Assembly (NCBI GenBank): GCA_038747245.1
Contig: JBCDJY010000005.1
Span: 37,356 to 101,355, forward strand
Reading direction: 5' to 3'
DNA length: 64,000 nt
Source of the DNA: Pseudomonadota bacterium
Lineage (GTDB): Bacteria; Pseudomonadota; Alphaproteobacteria; Caulobacterales; Hyphomonadaceae
Under the pieces are notes generated by a model that did not search any database, was not told where the DNA came from, and saw only the letters and a program-made list of their open reading frames with translations. Numbering within the stretch: the stretch's first letter is position 1; the number at the start of each line of letters is the position of its first letter. Made by a program: the position numbers and the translations under genes. Of this stretch, positions 46,518 to 57,074 are shown one piece after another.

Positions 46518-47714
46518 TCAGATCACGCCGTTGCGGGCGAGGGTTTCGCTGCGGTGAATGTGCACCGACAAGACCAGGCCAAAGGCGCTCATCACCGTCA
46601 GCATCGCCGTGCCGCCATAGGAGACCAGCGGCATGGGCACACCGACCACGGGCAACAGCCCGAGCACCATGCCGGCGTTGAACACGATGTAGAACGCCAC
46701 CATGCCCACAGCCCCCCCGGCGGCAAACCGGCCGAAGGCGCTGGCACATTTCATGGAAATGATCAGGCACCACCCAAGGATGGCCGCCCAGGCAAGCATA
46801 AGCCCCGCCGCACCGAAAAAGCCAAGCTCTTCGGCCAGCACGGTGAGGATAAAGTCGGTGTGCTGTTCAGGGATGTAGTCGAGCTTCGTCTGGGTGCCTT
46901 CCAGAAAGCCTTTGCCCATCAGCCGGCCGGACCCGATGGCGATTTTGGCCTGCTCAATCTGATAGCCGTCGCCCAGGGCGTCGGAGTTCTCGCCGGACAA
47001 TTGCTCGAGGAAGGTGTCAACGCGCTCGCGCTGGTAGTCTTCCAGCACATAGGCATAGACAAACGGCACGCTGAGACAGCCTGCAACGAGGCCGCCGGCG
47101 ATGACCCGCCAGCCCAGGCCAGCAAGGAAAATGATCACGCCGCCCACGGCCAGCAGCGTCAGCGTCGTGCCGAAATCGGGCTGGAGGAAAATCAGCGCCG
47201 CGGGCGTCAGCACAAGGATAAAGGCGGGCACATGCCCCCAAAAGCCCACCGGTCCGCGCGCCATGGACAGGTGGTAGTAACGCGCCAGCATCAAGACGAG
47301 GGCGAGCTTCATAAACTCGGAAGGCTGCACGCCGATCGGTCCGATATCCAGCCAGCGCTGGGCCCCGCCGCGCACTGAGCCGAATTGTTCAACGCCCACC
47401 AGCAGCATCAGGCTGGCAAGGTATGCCGGCACCGCCAAGCGCGACCACACAGAAAGCGGCGTCAACGCCAGGCCCAGCATCACGATGAAGGCAATTGCAA
47501 ACCGCACAAGGTGCGCCATGGGCAATCCGGCATCGGCAGGATTGTCATAGGCCACGGAAAACAACATGCCCGTGCCGGTGATCGCGACGCCGGAAATGAG
47601 CAGGACCAGCGTCCAGGGCACGGCTGCGAGTTTCTCGCCAATGCCAAACCGCGAGATCGGCGCCGCGCTGACCTGGGCGCGGCCGATGCCGGTTTGCGCC
47701 AACCCAACCATCAC
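46518..47714 (-). CDS. rodA: SEDS-family peptidoglycan glycosyltransferase RodA
   Basis: FtsW/RodA/SpoVE-type polytopic protein. It overlaps the PBP2 gene stop by 4 nt and is the last gene of the mreBCD-mrdA cluster. Confidence 0.9.
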   Translation of the reverse strand: MMVGLAQTGIGRAQVSAAPISRFGIGEKLAAVPWTLVLLISGVAITGTGMLFSVAYDNPADAGLPMAHLVRFAIAFIVMLGLALTPLSVWSRLAVPAYLASLMLLVGVEQFGSVRGGAQRWLDIGPIGVQPSEFMKLALVLMLARYYHLSMARGPVGFWGHVPAFILVLTPAALIFLQPDFGTTLTLLAVGGVIIFLAGLGWRVIAGGLVAGCLSVPFVYAYVLEDYQRERVDTFLEQLSGENSDALGDGYQIEQAKIAIGSGRLMGKGFLEGTQTKLDYIPEQHTDFILTVLAEELGFFGAAGLMLAWAAILGWCLIISMKCASAFGRFAAGGAVGMVAFYIVFNAGMVLGLLPVVGVPMPLVSYGGTAMLTVMSAFGLVLSVHIHRSETLARNGVI

Positions 47715-49678
47715 AGCGATCCCGAGGCGGCCGCTTGGGCCACGGTGGGCCGGCGCCCAACATCGCGCCGGATCGCCTCTGCGAGAATATCGCGTGCAAC
47801 TGGCGCGGCCGCCGCCGATCCCCCGCCGCCATGCTCAACGATCACCGAGACGGCGTAGCGCGGCGCGTCATGGGGGGCGTATCCGACAAACAGCGCATGG
47901 TCTCTCAGGCGCCGCTCCAGGTCTTCGTTTGCAATCACCCCCCGGGCGCGCTCGGCCTGGGAAATGTAGCGCACTTGGGCGGTGCCGGTTTTGCCCGACA
48001 TGAACACACCGCCCAGGCCAAGGTCGCCCGACCGCCGGGCCGTGCCGCCCCATTCGCCGGTGACCGCGAACATCGCCTCCTGCATCCGCTGCATATGCGC
48101 GGGATCAAGCGGTGTCTGGGTGTCGGCAAATCGGCCACTGCCGCTGCTGGTGATCTCCGGGCCATCATGGATCAGCTTCGGCGTCACCACGGCGCCGCCC
48201 CGGGCGATGCGCGCGGTCATCACCGCCAGCTGCAGCGGTGTGGCCGACATATAGCCTTGGCCGATGCCGATGTTCAGCGTCTCGCCCTCAAACCAAGGCT
48301 CCCCGCGTGCTTGGCGTTTCCAGGCATCATTGGGCACCACGCCCACGGCGCCGCCGGTCATGCCAAGGGGCCAGCTCATGCCAAAGCCGAATTTACGCGC
48401 CGTCTCGGCCAGGGGCTCGATGCCGACGCGCTTGGCGACTTCGTAGAAATAGGTGTCGCAGGAATGTTTGATGGCGTTGCGCATATCCATGGGGCCGTGG
48501 CCCTCGCGCTTCCAGCATGACCAGGTCCGGTTGCCAAACCTGTAGCGCCCGTTGCAGTAGATGCGCTCGCTGGGATCGATCGCGCCGGTCTCCAGCGCCG
48601 CCGTGGCGACCACCATTTTGAACGTCGAGCCCGGCGGGTACACCCCGTCATAGGCCTTGTGGTAGAGCGGCGCGCGGTCATTGTTGCGCAGCACGTCATA
48701 GTCGGCCTGGCTGATGCCATTGACGAAATCATTCGGGTCGAAGGCGGGCGTCGAGACGAAGGCGAGGAGCGCGCCGGTCTCGATATCGATGACCACGGCC
48801 GCCCCGGACTCAGCGCCGAACCGGTCGATCACAAAGCGCTGTAAATCCGCGTCCAGGGTGATCACCACGTCGCGGCCTTGTTCCGGCTCGGGCTTATAGC
48901 CGAGCTCTTCCAGGATCCGGCCAGACGCATTGGTGACGACTTCCCGGGCGCCGGCCTGGCCGGTGAGCCAGCTGTCGCACATGAATTCAAGGCCAGAGCG
49001 CCCCGTGCGCATGTCGGGATGGCGGTAGAGCCGCCTGGCATTGGCCGCCTCGGTCTCGCCCATTTTGCTCGTCAGCCGGTCCAGATCATCCTGGCTGGCC
49101 TTGGCGACATAGCCGAGCACATGGGCGAAATCGCGCCCGCGCGGATAGGACCGCGTCAGACCCATGGCCACTTCCACGCCTGGCAGCTCGGCGGCGTGCA
49201 GACGCATCTTGGCGAAGTCTTCATAGGTGAGTTCGCGTGCGACAAGCGTCGGCAGGAAGCGGGCTTGGCGCGCGGCATCGCGCAGAATGCGGGCTTGGCG
49301 CTCTTCCGGCAGGTCGATCAGCTTTGCGATGTCGCGCAGGACGGCGGCCATGTCGCCGGCCCGCTCACGCACGATGGACACCCGCCCTGCCGAGCGGTGG
49401 GAGGCCAGGTGCCGGCCGAACCGGTCGAGGATCAGGCCTCTCTTGGGTGGGGCCAGGTCCAGCCGGACCCGGTTTTCCCGCGCAAGTTGGTTGTAGGCCT
49501 CGCCCTGCACCATTTGCAGCTGGTAAAAGCGCGCGATGAGGCCGGCCCAAAGCACGCCGCCGACACCGCCGACAATCGCAGCGCGTTTGCCAAAATCAGG
49601 CTCTTCGTCCTGGCCTTTTTTCTTGCCGGTCGATTTCCTCGCCGTGTAGCTGCGGTTGGGTTTGCCGAAGACAGACAT
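47711..49678 (-). CDS. mrdA: Penicillin-binding protein 2 (elongasome transpeptidase)
   Basis: Transpeptidase motifs GSTFK, HSCD (SxN-type position) and KTGTAQ. The N-terminal TM follows a basic tail. ATG 49678 is preferred to the ORF-track start at 49852. Confidence 0.9.
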   Translation of the reverse strand: MSVFGKPNRSYTARKSTGKKKGQDEEPDFGKRAAIVGGVGGVLWAGLIARFYQLQMVQGEAYNQLARENRVRLDLAPPKRGLILDRFGRHLASHRSAGRVSIVRERAGDMAAVLRDIAKLIDLPEERQARILRDAARQARFLPTLVARELTYEDFAKMRLHAAELPGVEVAMGLTRSYPRGRDFAHVLGYVAKASQDDLDRLTSKMGETEAANARRLYRHPDMRTGRSGLEFMCDSWLTGQAGAREVVTNASGRILEELGYKPEPEQGRDVVITLDADLQRFVIDRFGAESGAAVVIDIETGALLAFVSTPAFDPNDFVNGISQADYDVLRNNDRAPLYHKAYDGVYPPGSTFKMVVATAALETGAIDPSERIYCNGRYRFGNRTWSCWKREGHGPMDMRNAIKHSCDTYFYEVAKRVGIEPLAETARKFGFGMSWPLGMTGGAVGVVPNDAWKRQARGEPWFEGETLNIGIGQGYMSATPLQLAVMTARIARGGAVVTPKLIHDGPEITSSGSGRFADTQTPLDPAHMQRMQEAMFAVTGEWGGTARRSGDLGLGGVFMSGKTGTAQVRYISQAERARGVIANEDLERRLRDHALFVGYAPHDAPRYAVSVIVEHGGGGSAAAAPVARDILAEAIRRDVGRRPTVAQAAASGSL

Positions 49679-49683
49679 CGCGG

Positions 49684-50244
49684 TCAGGCGCCTCCCAAGG
49701 CCGCGCCAGGCCGCCCGCGCAAGTGAAACACCGGTGCCAGGGCGGCGTAGGCGAGGGCCGTGGCCCCGCCGGAGATGACCAAAGGCGTCAGCTGCACGAT
49801 GTGCCCGGTCGCAACACTGGCCAAGCCCCAGAGCGCGAGCAGTCCAACACACAGGCTGACAAAGGGCAGCAGGGTCTTCAAGAGCGGGTCATAGTCGAGA
49901 TCCAAGGCCGCCTCGGCTGCGGCGTGCACGCCATAGGTCGACAACGCCACCAGCATATAGCTGCCGAAGGGCGCATTCGCGCCAAGGTCGAATAGGAAAG
50001 ACAGGCCCACCAGCGTCGCCATGGGGCGCATGGCCAGGCCGACCCGCGCCCATCCCATCGCCGCCAGCAGCAGCCCAATCGGCCAGGGCACATCAAAGCC
50101 AAGCACGCTGAGTTGACCGAGATCAGCGGCCCAGAAAAGCACCACGAGGAGCGTGCCAAAGCCGAGGCGCGCAGGCGCGGTGCGCGCGCGCCACCACCGG
50201 GCGACCTCTAGCCGCGCGCGGTCTATTCGACGGCGACGCCTCAT
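49684..50244 (-). CDS. mreD: Rod shape-determining protein MreD
   Basis: Small polytopic membrane protein between mreC and mrdA. 4-nt overlap with mreC. Confidence 0.75.
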   Translation of the reverse strand: MRRRRRIDRARLEVARWWRARTAPARLGFGTLLVVLFWAADLGQLSVLGFDVPWPIGLLLAAMGWARVGLAMRPMATLVGLSFLFDLGANAPFGSYMLVALSTYGVHAAAEAALDLDYDPLLKTLLPFVSLCVGLLALWGLASVATGHIVQLTPLVISGGATALAYAALAPVFHLRGRPGAALGGA

Positions 50245-51170
50245 GGCTCACTGGCCTCGTCGGCGCCGCGGGCGCCCGGCTGGGGCGCAGGGGCGCCGGC
50301 GCCCTCCTGGGGCGCAAGTTCAGCAGAGAGCGGCGCAGGGGGCGCCTCCTCAGGGGCCGGGATCGATTGCGGCGGCACCAGCCTGACAAAGCCGCCGCGC
50401 GTCTCGGCCATGGAAAAGTCGACCCGCCAGGTGTCGCCGCTCTGGCGCGCCCAGCCTACGACGTATCCGCGCGGAAACATTCCGGCCTCGCCGCTGGTTA
50501 AGATCCGCTCACCGGGGCGAAACGCGTCGGCCTCGGGCAGGTCCGACAGCGTGCCGCGCCCATCGCGGTCGCCATACACAATCGCGCGCACACCGCTGGC
50601 TTCGCCAAGCACCGGAATGCGGGAGTTGAAATCGGTGACGAGCAAGAGCCGGGAAGACCGCTCGCCGAGCTGGACCACCCGGCCCACGACGCCGCCTTCA
50701 TTGACCGCGATATAGTCTTCCTCCACGCCCTGGGCGCGCCCGGCATTGGCTAAAAGCGTCTCGCTAAAGGGGCCCTGCACCTCCGAGACGACCCGGGCTG
50801 TAAATCCCCGCGCCGGCGGCTCGCCCAGGGCAGCAAGCATGGTCTCATAGGCCTCAAGCCGCGCAGCCATGGACCGCGCCGCGGCTTCATAGCGCGCAAG
50901 CTCCTGGACCCGGGCCTCCAATTCGCGAATGCGACGCTCCTGGGCGCCCTGGCCGAGGATGCGTTGGATGAAGCCGGGTTCCTGGCTCTGCTCGCGGCTG
51001 GTCGGCGACACAAGTATGTCTCCGGCCTGGGTGCGCAGGGGCAGCAGCGCCGCCGACACGCCCGGCGAGGCCTGGACGACGATGGCCATGACCCCCACAG
51101 CGAGCAGTGTCACCAACACCAAGCGGCGCAGGGGAGATTTCCGGGCGGTCGCATAGCGGCCAGAGGCCAT
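50241..51170 (-). CDS. mreC: Rod shape-determining protein MreC
   Basis: N-terminal TM, a coiled-coil (IRELEARVQELARYEAAARSMAARLEAYE), a beta-rich domain and a Pro/Ala-rich tail. It lies downstream of mreB. Confidence 0.85.
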   Translation of the reverse strand: MASGRYATARKSPLRRLVLVTLLAVGVMAIVVQASPGVSAALLPLRTQAGDILVSPTSREQSQEPGFIQRILGQGAQERRIRELEARVQELARYEAAARSMAARLEAYETMLAALGEPPARGFTARVVSEVQGPFSETLLANAGRAQGVEEDYIAVNEGGVVGRVVQLGERSSRLLLVTDFNSRIPVLGEASGVRAIVYGDRDGRGTLSDLPEADAFRPGERILTSGEAGMFPRGYVVGWARQSGDTWRVDFSMAETRGGFVRLVPPQSIPAPEEAPPAPLSAELAPQEGAGAPAPQPGARGADEASEP

Positions 51171-51266
51171 GGGTCGGTCCCTTTTATCGCTGCGGCGGCG
51201 CCGGCCATCCGCGGTGATCTGTGTTCCTTGCGGCGCGCTTTGCCGGGCGCAGAGCGCTGGTGCAGT

Positions 51267-52391
<1,125 letters not shown>

Positions 52392-52714
52392 TTAGAAGCC
52401 GTTAACGCAAGACACGCGGTGCACTTTAGCGGTACGCCCGGTACTCTATCGGATGGCCAGCACGCCTATCACGCGAATCTGCACCCTAACCGCGCGATTC
52501 CTGCCGATTTCGCGAGTACGACCCGTACGCCTATTCAGGCGGGCTGCGGTACGCCTGCGCGCGCCATGTCGGCGACCTGCACGTGTTCCTGCGCGCTGCA
52601 GAAGCCAGCGACCCGGTCCCGGGCCCCCAGACTGGCAAGCGCCCGCAAAATTCACCCCGTTTGCGATCACCCAAATCGGCAGTTAGAGTCAGGACGCGTT
52701 CAAAGGGCTTGCGA

Positions 52715-54580
52715 ATGAGAGTTGCTGCGATCTTCTTGACCTCCATCGCCCTGGCCGCGGCCTTCGCCCTGCAGGCCGCCGCCGAAAAGCCGGTCATCGC
52801 CGCGGCGTCAGACGTTCCGGTGGTGACCTATGAGCTGCCGGCGAAGCCTTCACAGCTTGTCGCCAATGATGATTTGCGCGCCGACATCCTATCGAAGTTC
52901 CGCATTGAGACCGAACGCCTGATGGGCGCCTATGCCTTTGCCGATGCCGCGTTTGAACGCCGGATGGTGGAAGCGGTCGCCAAGACGGCCTTTATGCAAG
53001 GCGATGGGCCCGCAGCCCTGGCTATGGTCGACCGGCTCCGGGGGCCGCTCGCCAACAAACCCGCCGACCCGTTCATGTCCCTTCTTTTGCTCAGGGTCAG
53101 CCTGGAGCGCCGCAGCGCCGACGGATTTGAGACCGATTTGAAGGACGCGCTCTCGCAGATGCCGTTCGAGGTCGTGCGCGACGCTGTTCGTCGCCGGCGC
53201 GCAGGGCTGGTGTTCCAAAGTCCGGCGGCCTTGGAAAGCGCTGTGATTGAAACCCTCGACAAACGTTTTGTGGCCAATGGCGCCCTGACCCGAGACGACA
53301 TGATGGAGCTCGTGGATCATTGTTTCTCCCACGAGGTCGAGTTGCCGAGGCGCCAAGCCGCCGTGTCGGTGCTCACTGAGTATTTTAAGGCCAATGAGAG
53401 ACCCAAAGCCGATATCTGGCCAGCAAGGGCCGCGCCGGGCGCCGGTCCCGGGCCAACATATCCCGTCATTGTCGCGGTTTGGGATGATGGCACCGATGTC
53501 ACGCCCTTTCCCGGTCAGCTCTGGCGCAATGGGGATGAGACCGCAAACGGGCGCGATGATGACGGCGATGGCTTTATCGACAATGTCCACGGCATCGGCT
53601 TCGACATCGAATGGCAGCGATCACCGGACCTGTTAAGGCCGCTGGAGGGCCGTCTCCTGCAGGGCGCGGCCTTGCAATCCATGTTTATTGGCGTGATCGA
53701 CCTGGCGTTCATGCGCACGACCGAGGCCGCGGCTCAGGCAGACGTCTACATCCAGAGCCTTGGGGCGGGGGAACTCGGCGCGTTTTGGGAGGATATCGAC
53801 CTAGCCGGCTCTTATGTGCACGGCACCCATGTGGCCGGGATCATGCTCAAAGACAATCCAGCCGCCCGCCTCATGGTGGTGCGCCAGACCTGGGACCACC
53901 GCACCAAGCCCGCGCTGCAACTGGAAGACTATTTTCGCCGAAGGGCGGCGGGCTACCGCGATATTGCGCGCTTCATGTCCGATGCCGGCGTGCGCGTTGT
54001 GAATATGAGCTGGTCGGAAAACGCGGCGGTGGTTGAGAACATCCTGTCGCTCCATGGCGTAGAGGCTGACTCGGAGGCCCGCCGCGCCATGGCGGCGCGT
54101 TTGTTCGCCATCGACCGCCAGGGCTTTCTCGATGCGGTCAATTCGGCCCCGGAGATCTTGTTCGTCGCCGCCGCGGGCAATGCTGCCAGCAATTCCGGAT
54201 TTGACGGCGCCTATCCCTCATCGATTGCCGCGCCAAACCTCATCGCCGTTGGCGCCGTCGATAGCGCGGGCGCAGAGACCCCCTTCACCAGTTATGGCGA
54301 GACCGTGCGCTTGCATGCCAACGGGTCAGAGGTGGTCAGCGCGCTGCCCGGCGGCGGCGCGCTTGCCATGTCCGGCACGTCCATGGCGGCGCCGCAAGTG
54401 TCGAACCTGGCCAGCCGCATCCTATCCGTGCGGCCGGATCTCTCGCCGCCCGAGGTGATCGCGATCATGCGCGCCACGGCCACCTCGCCCGACGGCGGCC
54501 GGCTGCATCTCATCCATCCGGCGCAGGCGCTGCGCGCGGCTATGGACACAGGCGCGCCTGGCCCATCCCAGATCGAGTGA
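52715..54580 (+). CDS. Secreted S8-family (subtilisin-like) serine peptidase with a ~300-aa N-terminal non-catalytic region
   Basis: Catalytic triad context: VAVWDDGTDV (Asp), HGTHVAGIM (His) and SGTSMAAPQVS (Ser). ATG 52715 gives signal peptide IFLTSIALAAAFALQAAA. Confidence 0.9.
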   Translation: MRVAAIFLTSIALAAAFALQAAAEKPVIAAASDVPVVTYELPAKPSQLVANDDLRADILSKFRIETERLMGAYAFADAAFERRMVEAVAKTAFMQGDGPAALAMVDRLRGPLANKPADPFMSLLLLRVSLERRSADGFETDLKDALSQMPFEVVRDAVRRRRAGLVFQSPAALESAVIETLDKRFVANGALTRDDMMELVDHCFSHEVELPRRQAAVSVLTEYFKANERPKADIWPARAAPGAGPGPTYPVIVAVWDDGTDVTPFPGQLWRNGDETANGRDDDGDGFIDNVHGIGFDIEWQRSPDLLRPLEGRLLQGAALQSMFIGVIDLAFMRTTEAAAQADVYIQSLGAGELGAFWEDIDLAGSYVHGTHVAGIMLKDNPAARLMVVRQTWDHRTKPALQLEDYFRRRAAGYRDIARFMSDAGVRVVNMSWSENAAVVENILSLHGVEADSEARRAMAARLFAIDRQGFLDAVNSAPEILFVAAAGNAASNSGFDGAYPSSIAAPNLIAVGAVDSAGAETPFTSYGETVRLHANGSEVVSALPGGGALAMSGTSMAAPQVSNLASRILSVRPDLSPPEVIAIMRATATSPDGGRLHLIHPAQALRAAMDTGAPGPSQIE

Positions 54581-54592
54581 CCGCCCGGCGCC

Positions 54593-54742
54593 TCAGCTGC
54601 GCGACTTGCGCGCATTGATGCTGGTCACGAAGGCCAGGGATAAGATCGCCGGCACCCAGATGGGCAAAGCGCCCACCCCAGGCGCGCCGACCGCCGCGGC
54701 GATCGTATCGTCCACACACCACCAGAGCAAAAACAGCCACAT
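54593..54742 (-). CDS. Candidate 49-aa small membrane protein (below the ORF-track length cutoff)
   Basis: AAGGAG lies 7 nt upstream of ATG 54742. The translation is MWLFLLWWCVDDTIAAAVGAPGVGALPIWVPAILSLAFVTSINARKSRS, with two hydrophobic segments and a basic C-terminus. The stop is TGA at 54593-54595. Confidence 0.45.
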   Translation of the reverse strand: MWLFLLWWCVDDTIAAAVGAPGVGALPIWVPAILSLAFVTSINARKSRS

Positions 54743-54887
54743 AACGCATCTCCTTCTTGTGAAGAGATGGGGAGGAGTTTATTGATTATCAATAAGTGCG
54801 CTGGCCTTCCCCGAGAGACCTAGGACCCGCGGGATAATGCCTGGCGCGCCTTCGCAAGGACCCAAGCCAAGCCCAGGGAGAACACCG

Positions 54888-55292
54888 ATGTCACTGGAGA
54901 CCAACAAAACGCCCACGCCGATCAAGCTCTCCCTGCTGTGGGGCGCGCTGATGGGGCTGTACATCTACAATGACTATTTCATGCTCTATATGCCGGGCAA
55001 ATTAGAGAGCATGCAGAACGGGATCATGGGTCCGCTCGGCGAAGCCACCGACCAGATCATGATCGGCGTGTCCCTCATGCTCGCCGTACCGGCTCTGATG
55101 ATCTTCCTCTCTGCGGGCCTGCCCTCGCGCGCGAGCCAGATCCTGAACGTGGTGTTCGGCGTGGTCTATACCTTGATCAATGGGCTGACCTTTTTCGGCT
55201 CCTATACATTCTACCAGATCGTTGTGGTGCTCGAGATTGCCGTGACGCTGAGCATCATCTGGTCGGCCCTGCGCTGGCCGCAAAAAGCCTGA
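54888..55292 (+). CDS. Four-TM small membrane protein (DUF6326-like; family recalled from memory, unverified)
   Basis: ATG 54888 with AGGGAG 7 nt upstream. 134 aa, hydrophobic throughout (IKLSLLWGALMGLYIYNDYF...). Confidence 0.7.
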   Translation: MSLETNKTPTPIKLSLLWGALMGLYIYNDYFMLYMPGKLESMQNGIMGPLGEATDQIMIGVSLMLAVPALMIFLSAGLPSRASQILNVVFGVVYTLINGLTFFGSYTFYQIVVVLEIAVTLSIIWSALRWPQKA

Positions 55293-55341
55293 ACGCGCGC
55301 ATCAGTCGCCATGACCGCGGCGCGTTCGCCCTGCAGCTTAT

Positions 55342-56316
55342 TCAACCGGTTATCTCGGCCAACGCCCGGTCCAGCGCGTCATCGCTCGTGACGATGATAT
55401 CGGGCTGAACGCCGACGGTTTGCCAATTGCCTCCCGTGATCGGGTTCACACTTTTCGCGGTCACCGACCAGAGCACGAAATGGGGCGTGATCGGAACATA
55501 CTCAAAAGGATGCGCGCCCCCGCCAGATGGCTCGCCGACAATCTTTGCCCGCTCAAGCACTTGCAGATTGTAGGCGAGCGCTTCAGCGGCCGAGAAGGTG
55601 TTCTGCGAAATCAGGACATAGACCGGTTTTTCACCGCCAAAGCGTTTGCCAGGCACGTAGGGCTGGGTGAAAGCCTGGGTCAACCGGCCTGTCGGTCCAT
55701 CATAGATGCCGGTGAGCGGCTGACGCTCCGGGGCAAACAAGTAGCTCGCCACCAGGTCGGCCATGGCGCCGATCCCGCCACCATTATGGCGCAGATCAAT
55801 GATCAACGCGTCCATATCCGCCAGCACCGTCATCGCGGCCGCCACAGTGTCGCCGCCCATGTCTATCGGCGCAAACACCCGCAGGTCGAGATAGCCCACA
55901 TTGCCCTCAAGCCGCTGGACCGACTGGACCCCATAATTGATGTGGGCGCCGTACCAGCGCTCCATTTGAGCCTGGTCGAAGGCATCCTTTGCGGGCTCGC
56001 CATCGGCGATCGGTTCGGGCGAGAACTCGACGTTCAGGTGGCCATCGCCGGTAAGCGCCTGCATGCGCGCGCTTATGAGGGCCGCGAAAGCTTCGCCGTC
56101 CCCGGCCGCCTCGAAGACGCCGGCGGAAAAGTCTGCTCTCAGCTGGCGCGCGGCCCGGCGTCCGGCAGGTTCTGCGTCCACATAATCTGTCTCCAAATGG
56201 ACGGCCACGGCCTCGACGACTGCCCTAAGCTCGTCAAACGAGGCGGGCTCAGATTGCGCATGGCCGCCGCCCACAAAGAGAAATCCGGTCAAGAGCGAAA
56301 GCCAGAAAAGTCTCAC
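55342..56316 (-). CDS. S41-family peptidase (tail-specific/IRBP-like)
   Basis: Signal peptide, IIDLRHNGGG and VLISQNTFSAAEALAY, which are typical of peptidase S41. 4-nt overlap with the upstream MarR gene. Confidence 0.85.
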   Translation of the reverse strand: MRLFWLSLLTGFLFVGGGHAQSEPASFDELRAVVEAVAVHLETDYVDAEPAGRRAARQLRADFSAGVFEAAGDGEAFAALISARMQALTGDGHLNVEFSPEPIADGEPAKDAFDQAQMERWYGAHINYGVQSVQRLEGNVGYLDLRVFAPIDMGGDTVAAAMTVLADMDALIIDLRHNGGGIGAMADLVASYLFAPERQPLTGIYDGPTGRLTQAFTQPYVPGKRFGGEKPVYVLISQNTFSAAEALAYNLQVLERAKIVGEPSGGGAHPFEYVPITPHFVLWSVTAKSVNPITGGNWQTVGVQPDIIVTSDDALDRALAEITG

Positions 56317-56795
56317 GTGACCGGCTCCTCTGTGGCTTCACACATTCGAATGCGTTGGGAAAACGGCCTGGCTTCCAGGTGCGCGATGGCCTGGGCGAGC
56401 AGGCCGCTCAACGGGTGATCAAGTTCTGCGTCGAGCCCATCGGCAGCGGCCTGGGTGGCTGCCCAGCGCTTGGACAACCAGGGCAGCAGATCGCGGCCTT
56501 TCCGCGTGAGGCTTACACGCCGGCTTCGGCGATCGGTATCGCAGGCAAGCGCCACGAGCCCGTGACCGGCGAGCTTCGACACCGTCTGGCTCGCCGCCGA
56601 ATGCGACACGCACGAATAGGCGGCAATCTCCTTGATGGTCAGGGCATCGCCAGCGGCCAACGCCTTCATGACGGGTGTGAACCGGGGCACATAGAAATCG
56701 TGTTCTTCTCGATAAACCGCCTCAAGCTCCCCATCGAGCAGTTCGAGAAGCCGCCTCAGCTGTGAACCGAGGCCATCGGCGCTGTGTACAATCAT
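56313..56795 (-). CDS. MarR-family transcriptional regulator
   Basis: Winged-helix block LTIKEIAAYSCVSHSAASQTVSKLAGHGLVALACDTDRRSRRVSLTRKGRDLL. An AT-rich patch (56800-56840) lies just upstream. Confidence 0.85.
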   Translation of the reverse strand: MIVHSADGLGSQLRRLLELLDGELEAVYREEHDFYVPRFTPVMKALAAGDALTIKEIAAYSCVSHSAASQTVSKLAGHGLVALACDTDRRSRRVSLTRKGRDLLPWLSKRWAATQAAADGLDAELDHPLSGLLAQAIAHLEARPFSQRIRMCEATEEPVT

Positions 56796-57074
56796 ATCAG
56801 CGCTTATATATTACTGCTGTTATACCTGTCTAGACGCGGTGAACACGCCAGGGGAAATCCCCGTCTATCGCCGGCGCGGATCATGGGCCCGCGCCTGTCC
56901 CGAAGCCAGCGCAGCCATCCTGACCATCCTGCGAGCGCACGGGCATTCGGGCGCCGCGCCCACGCGCCGGCCATGCTCTCTTGCGAGGGCATGATCTTGC
57001 AGGTGCCCCAAGCGTCTCGTTCCAAAAGCGCAAACTTATCCGACGGGGTATCGCGCGGGTCCATACTGCCGGCC

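Noticed and set aside
54540-54749. 69-aa ORF-track call MRYVAVFALVVCGRYDRRGGRR...
   Set aside because: After the first 12 residues it becomes an Arg/Gly-rich shadow sequence, and its ATG overlaps the AAGGAG RBS. The +1 frame, which starts 7 nt after that RBS, gives a coherent two-segment hydrophobic peptide instead.
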